64,000 nt of DNA, taken from NCBI RefSeq assembly GCF_006345805.1, contig NC_043012.1, forward strand, positions 16,182,001 to 16,246,000. Direction: 5' to 3'. The translations under genes and the position numbers were made by a program. Positions 24,710 through 37,319 of the stretch are shown one piece after another. Under the pieces are notes generated by a model, which had not been told where the DNA came from, made no database searches, and saw nothing but the letters and a program-made list of their open reading frames with translations. The stretch is from Octopus sinensis (lineage: Eukaryota). Within the stretch, counting starts at the first letter, position 1, and every line of letters starts with the position of its first letter.

Positions 24710-24775
24710 CTTTCTTTACGTTGGAAAGTTTCCTACGATGAAAGCTCTAAAATTCCTCACACTGCTATTGAACAC
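24710..24775 (+). CDS. Candidate isolated 66-nt coding exon (LSLRWKVSYDESSKIPHTAIEH), product unknown
   Basis: TTGCAG acceptor, 22 open codons, CAC|GTAAGT consensus donor; no homology recognised. Confidence 0.3.
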
Positions 24776-26108
24776 GTAAGTGCCCCTGTATTCATTTTAG
24801 TCAATTTGGATATTATTCTTATCAGTGCAGCTCTATCCTGTATTCAAGTCTTTTGAGTGTGAATGCTCCTGAATGAAAGTATAGCTCTCATTATTTAGCT
24901 AATCATCGCCACTATGACGGGCACATTGCTAAGAAGTCGATAGAGAAAAATGTTTTTAAAGCAACGTTTGCACGTGCTTTTATTGAGGTCGTAGCTCATG
25001 TACAGAATCTTCAATTGTGTTGACCTCGGTTACGTAGTAATAATAATATGGTCCAAATTTGTTTTCTCTGTCTAGTATGATTTATACTATGCTTTCCATC
25101 TACAACACAAAGTTCAAAGCAAGAAAGGAAGAAAGGAAGAAAGAAAGAACAAATGAGCGAACGACGAATGAAAGGAAGGAAGAAAGAACACAGAAAGAAA
25201 GATATTTATGATTAAGAAAATTATCTTGTTAATTGAATTCCCGTAAAGTAATCTGTAAATTAAAATTAGTATCCAAAACCTCTCTAAAAGCGAGAAATTT
25301 GTAATGCCAAGTGCATTTTGTTTTCACATTTACCAATTTTTTTTTATTAAAAATATAAACTAATGTATTTCATGCATAAACCTACTGCAGTGAATCAAAG
25401 CTACTAAATAAACTTGCCCCCACATTTAATTGAATATATATCGGATAGCGATCATTAAATTCTGCTCTACATATATCTGTAACTATACGCATGTCCGACT
25501 CGATAATTGGATGCATTAGTAAAGGATAAAAGCTAAGCTTCCTTTTAACCTTAACGAATGAATCGCTCAATCCTAAACATGACCAGAATATGAAGGATTC
25601 ATACATTAAGTGTAGGAACGAAATCTCTGATTCGACGATAATTACACAAATGAAAGATAGAAGTGTAACAGTAACGCGCTAAGTTAGTTATCTGATTTTG
25701 CAAAAGAATAACTACAGCAAATGTATCGTTCCCTTACTAATTGGGTTTGACTGAACGCTAGTTAGATATTCTTCAAGTTGTTTCAAAGTTTTAAATATAT
25801 TTTTTCCTTTACACTATTAGATCGTTTTCGATCTCTATCAGGGCTGGATGCACAAATTGCAAGATAATCGGCTCTAAAAGTACAGTAGTGTTGGAAGTAA
25901 GATTGGTTTGCTTGATTCTGGGCCATTAGTTTTCTTTAGAAAATTGGTTATAGGCAAAAGCGAAATGTAAATTATCTAAGTGCTAAAAAATAAATACATA
26001 CCGATGATATATACATATATATATACATATATATATATATGGCCTCAGCCGGATGGCTGAAACAAGTAAAAGAATAAAAGTAAAAGAATATATATATATA
26101 TATATATA

Positions 26109-26220
26109 TTGCATCTTGCACCCTTTATTCCTTTGGAATGAAACCATGTTGTCTTCGAAACATATGTCGAGACTATAGGAATTTTGTTAACATCTTCGTT
26201 CGACTCCATTCATTTATTTA

Positions 26221-26290
<70 letters not shown>

Positions 26291-26400
26291 TAAATAAATG
26301 AATGGAGTCGACGAAGATGTTAACAAAATTCCTATAGTCTCGACATATGTTCGAAGACAACATGGTTTCATTCCAAAGGAATAAAGGGTGCAAGATGCAA
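26109..26400. repeat. Near-perfect palindrome: arms of about 115 bp around a (TA)n centre
   Basis: 26109-26223 is the reverse complement of 26288-26400 apart from two 1-nt indels. Confidence 0.95.
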
Positions 26401-26411
26401 TATATATATAT

Positions 26412-26469
<58 letters not shown>

Positions 26470-26527
26470 ATAGAAATATTAAAATACTAAGTCTCTCTAA
26501 AAGAGATCACGGCAGCGTTCCTGGAAA

Positions 26528-26858
26528 ATAATAGTTATCGCCATACTAATATGGCATTCTTATAAAAATAAGAATAAAGCTGTCCGCTTATTAGCTCCAT
26601 GAGGCCATCGCCTTAAGTTAGCTATTGATACACAAACTGTATCCATATAACTTTCGAACAGGGGCAATACCCCGAAACGCGTCTGTAGCTGTCGGTCAAG
26701 TAGTGTGGAGCGACTGACCTCCCTTGTTCGAAGGTTATATGGATACAGTTTGTGTATCAAATAGCTAACTTAAGGCGATGGCCTCATGGAGCTAATAAGC
26801 GGACAGCTTTATTCTTATTTTTATAAGAATGCCATATTAGTATGGCGATAACTATTAT
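26528..26858. repeat. Inverted repeat, arms of about 135 bp, 56-bp spacer containing the 3' half of a hammerhead motif
   Basis: 26528-26664 versus 26721-26858; GGGG-CAATA-CCCC-GAA-ACGCGT-C at 26661-26683; a related single arm lies at about 58316-58438. Confidence 0.9.
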
Positions 26859-27286
26859 ATATATATATATTTACATATTACATCACTGTACATAAATCCC
26901 CTACTAAACAAGGTCCCTTTTTTAAACCTGCCTCCTTTCTGTACACATATTTATTCCCCACCCAAAACCTAAACAATTATCTCCCTTACACACAACAATA
27001 ACAATAATAACAAACAATTACTTCCCTTTACTTGTCAACTTGTAAAATCATTCGCTCGTGAATTTCATTACAAACAACATGGACTAAATTTCTTCTTAAG
27101 AAAAAATATATATTCATATAAATTAAACATTATATCATGAATAGCGATTGCGAAACCAGTCGATACATTAAAAATTATATTATAACCATGTAAGTGTGCG
27201 TATTTTCTTTTTTTATTTTCTTACATACATTACAATCCACCACGTGGGGACAACCGAAATTCCTCTTTTCTGTTACTACTACTATG

Positions 27287-27336
<50 letters not shown>

Positions 27337-27381
27337 CTGTGTGTGTGTGTTTGTATTTAAGTATGTATGTATGTAAATATA

Positions 27382-27965
27382 TACAAGGTGTTTCAAAAAA
27401 TTTGACATCATTTGAGATGTAAATATCACAGAAACTACATAGTCAAAATAAATGAAAGTAAACAAGCTTAATGTTGAGGAACATGATTTATTCCTCCAAA
27501 TTTGAATGAGAAATTTAAAGGTATGTGGATTCCATGAACGATTTCATAAATGGTCGATACGCGCACCCCTGAGAAACGGCACGCGTCAAGTCGGTAGTCC
27601 AGCACCTCCCGAACAGGCTGCAGCATTTCTTGGCTAACTGTCTCCGGTGCGGTAGTAATTCTCTGCTCGAGTTCTTCTAGATTTGCAGGAAAAGAGGAGA
27701 CATAAACCAAGCCGTTCACATAACCCCATGTTGGTGCTTTCGGTTGTCATCTGCCGTTATGGTATGAACGAGCTGCAGCTTGTAGGGTTTCATTGGCAAA
27801 CGTTTCCTCGGGACGCACCAAACAGTCGGTGGAGGAACCTGGGTTTCCAGACTTGGTCTGAGTATGGACTTCTTAGGGATTCGCATGAGCTTTTGCCGAA
27901 CCAGCTCGACCGTTTCTTCCAATGTTAGTGGTCGTCCAGGTCCTTTTGCCTTGCTCAGATAGCCT
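27382..27965 (-). mobile_element. Tc1/mariner (maT/DD37D-like) deletion derivative
   Basis: GRPLTLEETVELVRQ..KKS..LETQVPPPTVW..RKRLPMKPYKLQLV joined to C-terminal GLVYV..PANLEELEQRITTA..LDYRLDACR; TACAAGGTGTTTCAAAAA TIR-like end. Confidence 0.8.
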
Positions 27966-28438
27966 TGAATGTACGCATATATATGCATTTCTCCTTTTAT
28001 GTACATTTTCAGTTCTAAAAAACTGTACCCCGCTCCCAAACTCCATTATTTTCTTCGATTATACTGTTATTTCTCTTTCTCTTTTTAATGCATTCTCTAA
28101 TAAGAATATTGTACCACACCTACTAATAACTGATTCTGTTTTAAGTATGTACATGCATATATACACGCATGTGTGTATGTATATGTATGGATGTGTATGT
28201 ATATATTTAAATGTATATGTGTATGTGGTGTGTGTATTTATATATGTATAAATTAGCCCCATGAACTTCTTGGACTATCTTATAAAACTCTCTGACGAAG
28301 CCTGTATTTATATCCATAAATTAAACATATGAACTGTCTGACGAAGCCTAGACGCATACCCAAATACCCTAATTTATCTACAGATTACTACAATACACTG
28401 AAAATATGGAAATAACATATGGGATACTGTGACCTCTT

Positions 28439-28672
28439 GGATGAAGCAGCTGTAAGAAACTTACAGTCGATTATATCGACCCCAGTGCATAACTGGTACT
28501 TATTTAATCGACCCCGAAAGGATGAAAGGCATTAAATTTCTGTTTCACGCAGTGAGGATGAAGCAGCTGTAAGAAACTTACAGTCGATTATATCGACCCC
28601 AGTGCATAACTGGTACTTATTTAATCGACCCCGAAAGGATGAAAGGCATTAAATTTCTGTTTCACGCAGTGA
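28439..28672. repeat. Exact 117-bp tandem duplication containing a SINE A core fragment
   Basis: 28439-28555 equals 28556-28672 by eye. Confidence 0.93.
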
Positions 28673-29756
28673 GAATGAACCCGAACCATGCAGTTTGGAA
28701 GCAAACTTCTTACCACCCATCTATGCATGCGCCTTTTTCAGTACCAGGTATTTTCGACATTCATTTGTTTATTCACTAGCAACATGTCACGAAGCCTCCC
28801 TCTGTGAAGAGCAAGTTATAGACAACTAATGTTCAATGTGGGGGAATGCAATATCACAGTGTGAATCAGAAAAAGTTGAATATATGCCATTAACTGTTAG
28901 ATTTCAAAGGAGAGTTTGGTGGGGATGAGGCAAATGACTATGATGTAAGCGAATTACATTGTTTTATTTCAGATATTAGCATCCTTCATATTACTATGGT
29001 TGAAGAATCAAAAGATATGTCCCACTACTGTTGTTCATTTATTTATGTTGGAAATATAATAGCCTGCACTTTAAAAGTAGCTTCATAAGTGGCTCTAAGC
29101 TTGTGTGCACGACCCCTGTTCTGCTCGTATCACTCACATAACAGACTCCATAATAACTAATATTTCTAATCATTCTACACCCTCAACTTTAACTCTCTAC
29201 TTATTTTTAATTCTTTTAACGTAAACTTGCGTCGATGTTGCTGGTCTCGTCGTGTTGGTGTATGTAATCTTTAGAGCCCATTTCTCCAGACAAAACCAAT
29301 AAAATATAGATAATGTTATTCTGGAATTGGCTTGATTTTAAGTGAAGGAATTAAAATGCCTATGACGGTTCAAACTGATTGTCTCATGATAGATTTTGCA
29401 ATCATATTGTTATTCGATATGAAAACACGTCATCCTTCCACTGTGACAGTTATTTAGAAATACATCGACGGAAACAATATTATTTTGTCGAATAGGAACA
29501 ATGAAAGCGAAACCTTTACCCAAAAAATTTTAAAGATAATGAAATATATAACAATAGGACAAAATTATTGGAAAATTGATCAAAGCAACAGGAAACAATG
29601 GATTTGATTTTCAATAAAAATTTAGTTTTTATTCATAAAATGTTTGTACAATATCGTTTAAATCAAATTTAAAGTCAGTTGAGACCTTTATAATGAAATA
29701 CCAACTTCAGTACTAATTATGTAGGCAGCTTCCCAGAAGAATTATACATCAATTAA

Positions 29757-29987
29757 TTTCTTTACTACCCACAAGGAGCTAAACACAGAGGGGACAAACA
29801 AGGACAGACAAACGGATTAAGTCGATTACATCGAACCCAGTGCGTAACTGGTACTTAATTTATCGACCCCGAAAGGATGAAAGGCAAAGTCGACCTCGGC
29901 GGAATTTGAATTCAGAACGCAACGGCAGACGAAATACGGCTACGCATTTCGCCCGGCGTGCTAACGTTTCTGCCAGCTCGCCGCCTT
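29757..29987 (-). mobile_element. SINE family A, full length and well preserved
   Basis: Reverse complement of the 490-724 type sequence along its whole length. Confidence 0.92.
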
Positions 29988-31904
29988 TACATCAATTGAC
30001 CCTTGGAACACGTTAGATGTTATTTTTATTGATTTTACTATTGTGTGTTCAACAATCAAACACAAATAAAATTGCAAAACATAGAGGTGTCACGATTGCC
30101 ATCTCTGTGTCAAGAATTCGATCCCATTAAATTTCTGTTTCATGACTAAAATGACTGACAACGAGAAAAAGTGATTTGGAGCGCTGTTAGGTCTCAGAGA
30201 TCTTATTGTGAACATACTTTTGTTAACATCTGTCAGACTTCTCTTTACCGTTACTTTCAAAGAACTGCATTTAATGTGAGTTCTTCTCATTCAGTTCGAA
30301 TGGTTAGATTCATCGGTTATCCACGAAGAAATGTCATTATTAAAGGCTTCGCCTATTTGCTTTAATTGTTCGTTCCAAGCCGATGTGTAATTTACAATTT
30401 TTTTTTTTTATAAGAGTGTTTTGCAGTCATTGGACTCTACATGTTTGTCGCTAACCAACATGTCACTAATTATGGTATAACAACTTTCAATTCCTTTGTG
30501 TCTCGTCAAATCAAGAAGATACTTGTTTTTAATATGATGTGTTAAAGAATGTACAATATGGTTTATAATTATGTCATTTAGAGGCGTAAATGACATTACG
30601 TTTTTCGGAATAATCATCTAGACTTCACGTCAGAATTTGCAGTTTGATAGAACAATCATCAAGAACACTGCATGCCTTGATTTCCTCGCAAGAGAAAACT
30701 CTTTTGCACTGTTTTCCGAAACCGCTGAGCTCAAGACAAATAGAGATAGTTGCATTCTTATCATGTGTTTTCCCAGGATAAAACAAATTAATAATTTGCT
30801 AAGAGTGGTCTGAATTTGGAACCTAAAGGAGCGTTTCATTTACATGTACAGCTTACATTAACAGGTTTCGAGTATCCTAGATAGTAACATTGGCTCCGTC
30901 ATTGCAAAACCATTGCTGGATATGGATTTAGTCAATGCAGGCCACGGTGAGTTCAATTTCTTTCGAATTGGGTTGAAGACTTCTTTTGTCACTGCAGTTT
31001 TGAAGTATTTGTCATTCATTATATATTGATAGTCTTTTAATATCCATTCTCTAGCCGTTTGACTTAGCAAACATTTTGTGCTTATCTTCACCAAATTGCA
31101 TTTTGATGTTTTGACTTCTATTACTCGAATACGGATTAAGTCCTGAACAAAATGTCGTGGATTTCATTAAAGTTTCTCTCCTCTCCAATTACTCTAATTT
31201 AGCCTTTATTACCAGGACGGAAAATTATTACATCCAGATTTCGATCAGGAATATTTTCATGATAACGTAATTCTGTTAGTAATGATAGCAGCAACTGAAC
31301 TTCTTGGAGATATCTGTGTAGGCTATGTTACTGCCACTTAAATAATGACATTGCATATAAAAGTTAGAACATTGACAGGGAGCAACGATTCTAATATCCA
31401 TCTGTGACGGACCGTGTTACCCCTTCTTACAGTCTAACCATAAAGTCAGCAGATATTTATTCGCTTCCTTAGAGACGGCTCATAAAAACATCCATATGTT
31501 TCTTGGCATTATTAAATTAGTCGGGAATACAATGTCAGTCAGATACTGCATCGGACATTTTAGACTCTCCAAAATTGCTTTTTTTTTTACATGTAGATTA
31601 GTAAGCATACATTGGTGGGCGCATCCATGTATGCGTCTATGTGTGGGGGTTCCGTGTCTGCGTCTAGGTATTTATATGCTTTGCATAAGCGTGTGTGAAA
31701 TATACGTTGGTAAATAGATTCTTTATTCTCTTGTCAAACATACATGCATAAATACACATTTTACTCACAGATCCCACAACATGCGCTCACAGCCACGACT
31801 CGCGGATACGTAAAACACGCACAGTTTCTTTCTTACATCTTTTTCTATTTTTGTGGATTTGGAGTGTCAACTCCTATTTCAGGTAGTGGTATGCCAGGAC
31901 TTTA

Positions 31905-31913
31905 ATTTATATA

Positions 31914-31965
<52 letters not shown>

Positions 31966-31996
31966 ATATATAGATATATATATATATGCATGTATG

Positions 31997-32037
<41 letters not shown>

Positions 32038-32063
32038 GATATATTATATATATATATATATAT

Positions 32064-32094
<31 letters not shown>

Positions 32095-32095
32095 G

Positions 32096-32128
<33 letters not shown>

Positions 32129-32167
32129 GTATATATAATATATATATATATTATATATATATATATA
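31905..32167. repeat. (TA)n/(GTAT)n compound microsatellite
   Basis: Direct reading. Confidence 0.95.
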
Positions 32168-32523
32168 GGTAGAATTCACAAAAAATAGGAAAGCCTAGTG
32201 CTAGAAAGAGCAGAAGAAAACTCCCATTTGAAAGCCTCTTAATGTGTTTTAATGTACACGATAATTTTTGTGAATAACATATAGTCTATTGACTAGTTTT
32301 TTGTGCTAGGCCACTGGTAATAATAATTTATATAATTCTTATTACCCTAATATTATTTATTATGCTTAAATATTTTTTGATAGATTTGTTCGAAATTTTA
32401 CCGGCATCCTCTCTGTCGCCAGAAATAAACTGCATCGGCGCAGTGGTTTTGAAAAGTTAGGATATACAGGCAGCTAGTTTACATGCGAATCTAGTTGTGT
32501 GTATATTTGAAATCTAAAGGCTC

Positions 32524-32589
32524 CCTACTGATGAAGACTAGCCTCAGTAAATATTTTTTTACTGGAATGAGTAAAAACCATGGTCTAGG
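32524..32589 (+). ncRNA. Degenerate minimal hammerhead motif
   Basis: CCTA-CTGATGA-A-GACT..CAGTAAA/TTTACTG..AGT-AAAA-ACCATGGT-C-TAGG; stems I and III perfect, G12 lost. Confidence 0.55.
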
Positions 32590-32734
32590 AACTAAATTAG
32601 ATGGTAAACGTTTTTATTTTCAATCATTTCGAGAATTTATCCATAATTAGTGGTTTGAGTTTTCTACTGCTCTTTTTAGCACAAAGCTGTCCTATTTGGA
32701 AGCCTCTTAATGTGTTTTAATGTACACGATATTT

Positions 32735-32771
<37 letters not shown>

Positions 32772-32814
32772 ATGTACAAACACACACGTATACGCATTTA
32801 AATATATATATGTT

Positions 32815-33063
32815 CGTTTCTTCTCGAGTCATCCCTGGCCCATAGGGCCGGTTTCCCGGATACCTTGGCGTATAGGCTCCCCACGTGGACGGACGGGACG
32901 CGGGTCCATCGCAAGATTACTCATTTTTGCCAGCTGAGTGGACTGGAGCAACGTGAAATGAATTGCTTTGCTCAAGAACACAACGCATCGCCTGGTCCAG
33001 GAATCGAAACCACAACCTTACGATCATGAGTTCAACACCCTAACCAAAAGCCACCCGCCTCCA
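32815..33063 (-). mobile_element. tRNA-derived SINE, family D
   Basis: Minus strand GTGGAGGCGGGTGGC..TGGTTAG head, GGTTTCGATTCC B box, GTGTTCTTGAGCAAAGCA..CACTCAGCTG central domain. Confidence 0.8.
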
Positions 33064-33068
33064 CACAC

Positions 33069-33084
<16 letters not shown>

Positions 33085-33126
<42 letters not shown>

Positions 33127-33457
33127 TATATATATATAAATATATATATATATAAATATATATATAAATGAATATATATAATATATCTATAATATATATA
33201 TAAATATATATATAAATATATAGTATATATATAATAATATATATATTATATATAATATAATATATATAAATATATATATATATTATATATATATATATCT
33301 ATATATAATTATAAATAATATATATATATATATATATAAATAGATATATAAATAAATATAAATATATAAATAATATATATATATATAAATATATATAAAT
33401 AATATATATATAAATATATATATCTAATATATATATAAATATATATATATATATATC

Positions 33458-33492
<35 letters not shown>

Positions 33493-33518
33493 TTATATAA
33501 AATATATATATATATACA
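33085..33518. repeat. About 430 bp of degenerate (TA)n, almost pure A/T
   Basis: Direct reading. Confidence 0.95.
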
Positions 33519-33872
33519 AAGTTGAGTTGTGGGGTATCCGCGCGAGTGGAATTATATACGAAAGAAGATTTGAAAATGCAATTTAAAAGATTTTATTTAC
33601 TTACCGTTTTCACTCTTTGGAAAAAGATTGTCAAAAGTAACATAGAATATTATGAATTCAAAAAAGTTATTTACATAATTGCCACATTACATGTATATAT
33701 ACACTCTTTGGTAACAGGGACATGTTAAGGACATAAAGAAGTACAACAGTGTGATGAAATTTGAAAAAAAAGGGCAGAAAAGAATAAACAATATATTATT
33801 GGAAGTTTGGTTGCGTTAATTAACGCAATAATATAATATATATATAATATATATAATTATATATATATAACG

Positions 33873-33936
<64 letters not shown>

Positions 33937-34377
33937 ACTGGTCGTGAGGTAAGCATTTTTTATGATTTACTGCAAAATATACTGAGAACCAAACGTGAAG
34001 CGAATATAAATATTTTGAATCAATATGAAATATTACAAATTGTTTACGTATAGTGTTTCTTAGAAAATAAAGTAATTCGCAAAAATTTCCGATGTCTTCC
34101 TGATAGTTGTTTTTCCCTGTTTATTCATCTTTTCTGCATTTTCCAGCAGTCACGAAGTTGTATGTAAATTATAAAGATATATATGAAAAAATAAACTTTT
34201 GACATGCATTTGTAAAAAAAGATGCGGTTTGTCTCCGTAATAATTTTTTTTTCTTTCGCAAATCATGTATATTTTGACAGAACTAAATTAAAAGAGATCT
34301 GGCCCTTGGCCATGCTGATATCTATATGCATTTTCAGTATTTAAAAACATATATAGTTACATATTCTTACTGAAAAC

Positions 34378-34415
<38 letters not shown>

Positions 34416-34459
34416 GAATGGATGAATGAATTATCCTTTGTTTACAGTTAACACGGAAA

Positions 34460-34503
<44 letters not shown>

Positions 34504-35054
34504 TTATATGTATTATACCCCCCATATATATATATATATCATTCTTACATAATATATATATATATCTACATATGTGTGTGTGTGTGTGTATCTGTATGCA
34601 TCTGTATGTATTCATGGATGTATAGACAGATGGGTACCCAGTGTGATAGACAAATATGGCATAAGATATAAATGATATGAAACGAACACGGCACAACATT
34701 ATTATCAAGTTATTTAATTCTCTGTTTTCTATAACATGATGTATTATTATCAGAATGCCATCCACTCTTCTGTTATTATGTTGATATTTATCTTCCTGTT
34801 TACACGTGTTTTGGGTGTTTAAAGCATTGTTATATAAACAGCATAATTAATAAATGATGTTTAAATAAATGTATTTTGTAATTGGTAATATATTGTTTTT
34901 GCGAAGTGAAGTCAGCACTATGTTATCACCAAAAATATATATCGCATTATCTTTAATCAAAAATCTTCAATTGACTTCGAAGAACTGTTTTCCTTTCTTT
35001 TCATAGAGCGCGATTAAAACAGGAATAGAAAAGCATAGAAATGAACAGGAATAC

Positions 35055-35265
35055 TTACTCTCTTACTATTTTACTTGTTTCAGTCATTTGACTGTGGCCA
35101 TGCTGGAGCACCGCCTTTAATCGAGAAAATCGATCCCAGGACTTATTCTTTGTAAGCCTAGTACTTATTCTATCATCCTCTTTTGCCGAACCGCTAAGTT
35201 ACGGGGACGTAAACACACTAGCATCGGTTGTCAAGCGATGTTGAGGGACAAACACAGACACACAA

Positions 35266-35316
<51 letters not shown>

Positions 35317-35487
35317 CGTATATACGACGGGCTTCTTTCAGTTTCCGTCTACCAAATCCACTCAACGACTTTGGTCGACCCGAGGCTATAGTAGAAGACA
35401 CTTGCCTACAATGCCACGCAGTGGGACTGAACCCAGAACCATGTGGCTGGTAAGCAAGCTACTTACCACACAGCCACCCCTGCGCCT
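35055..35487 (-). mobile_element. SINE family B, full length
   Basis: Reverse complement of AGGCGCAGG..GTGGCTGTGTGGTAAG head, central microsatellite and GGCGGTGCTCCAGCATGGCC..CAGTCAAATGACTG tail. Confidence 0.92.
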
Positions 35488-37319
35488 TTTGCGAATTTTG
35501 ACAACAAAAACAGTTTTTCTCTTTATATAATCGAGCAACATTGCCCAGACCTGATTCTATTCGAAAAGTATTTACTAATGATATCTTTAAGAAGTGAAAG
35601 ATCCTCTTCGATTTTTATGGAGAATCATATATTTGATAGATTGTGTGGCAACTTACAGAGACAACCGTCATGAAGCTGCTCTTCGTTCAATATCCCAAAC
35701 ACAACTGAAATGCGACTATGTCCATATCTTTATTCAAATGACACAGTTCCATAATTGTAGCGGAGGTAATTTATTGATTGGCTAGCCTTTGTGAGTCAAA
35801 AGTTTGGCACTTCATAAAAGGAATTTCAATTAAAAGTGTATTTACCAGCTTTTTTGGCTATTATTAAACGTCTAGGATTGCTCTCTTTTCACGATATAGT
35901 TACTTCTGTTTCCACCAAATGGTATGAGGTTACAATTCGTTACCAAACAAACAAACACACCTCCGAAATTTCGATAGCTTCAACCAGTCTAAACGTCAAA
36001 GGAAAACGAAAGGGATGCGGTTACGTTAAACTATGACAACTTAACTACAGCTTTGTTTCTTAAAACATTAATTGACATGGGATTGCAAAACTATTCTTGA
36101 AGATAATAAAATTTTAGAGTACTTTGTAACCAAAAGAAAATCATGATAAATATACTAAACTCAAACACGGCATTCAGTAATATGTAATCATACAACAGCG
36201 ATAAATCGTATAAAATTGATTATTAATCATGATTGATTGAACTAATAAGTTAAATCATCTGGTGAAAAATGAAAATTACACATAACATTTTACCTGAAAG
36301 TGTTAAATGCTATTCTACCTTATACTATTCCGACAATTCGGAAAAGAATCTCGTATATCGCGATATTATCACAGACACTGGACAAAAGGATCGTGTACAA
36401 AGGCTTAACGGAGCAGACATTTGAAAATGATTTTAACTGAATGCACCATTCCAAGATTGCCTCATAAGTTTCCTAAACACATTTCATACAAGTCGCAAAC
36501 TGTTTCAGATGTAGTCGACCTTCTCAAACTTGTATCAAAGCTCTTTCAGCTCTTTTAAAATAAGAAAAATCCAGATGCACTGCATCTTACAAAATCTAGT
36601 CTACTCGCTTGACCGTAATTGCTAGTTACCTTTATACCATGCAGAGAATTATATAATGATCAAAGCGATGTTGAATCCTAGAAAGGCCATCACAACGATA
36701 CCTAAATATGTGTTAATTTGGTAAAATACCTGTGTAATAGCCAAAGGGTAATGACAGCGATGACAATCAGGCTTATTAAGGTAGCAGCAGATTCCAATGT
36801 AACAAGTAAAGTGTTGTGAGTATATCCATATAAACTTTAATATAAATTGTATTTCAATTAAGTAAATGTAAGAGCAGTGTACCAGTACAACCACGCCGTT
36901 TCATTTGTCTTGCTTGACTACGTATATATTTAGCGATATTCGCATGAAAAATGTATATTCGGTATACCTCCCAATCGAAAATTATCATTTGAATTATGAA
37001 ATATATTACTTATGTCTGTTGCACAATATGTACTTGATTTGTTTTTCAATAACACACCGTTTATATTATTTACGATCAAATTTATTATAGGAATTTATAT
37101 ACCAACCCTCCTAAACTAAAGTATACATATAGATATGCGATGTTTTTCGTAAAATATTTAGCTCTATTATCTATCGGTACAATTGTCTATAATAAATTTT
37201 GTATCATTTCAGAACTCTCTGCGAATTATTGCACGCATAGAACATTTTTCTTCGTGATGGCAGACACGGCCATTCCGATTCGTTTTAATTTTTTTTTTGT
37301 TTTTAATTAACATTTTCTT

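Noticed and set aside
35228-35530. Recurrent ORF ending RRHLPKVP.SGTEP.TMWLVSK (also at 42435, 55525 and 60010)
   Set aside because: It is an antisense read-through of SINE family B, not a gene family
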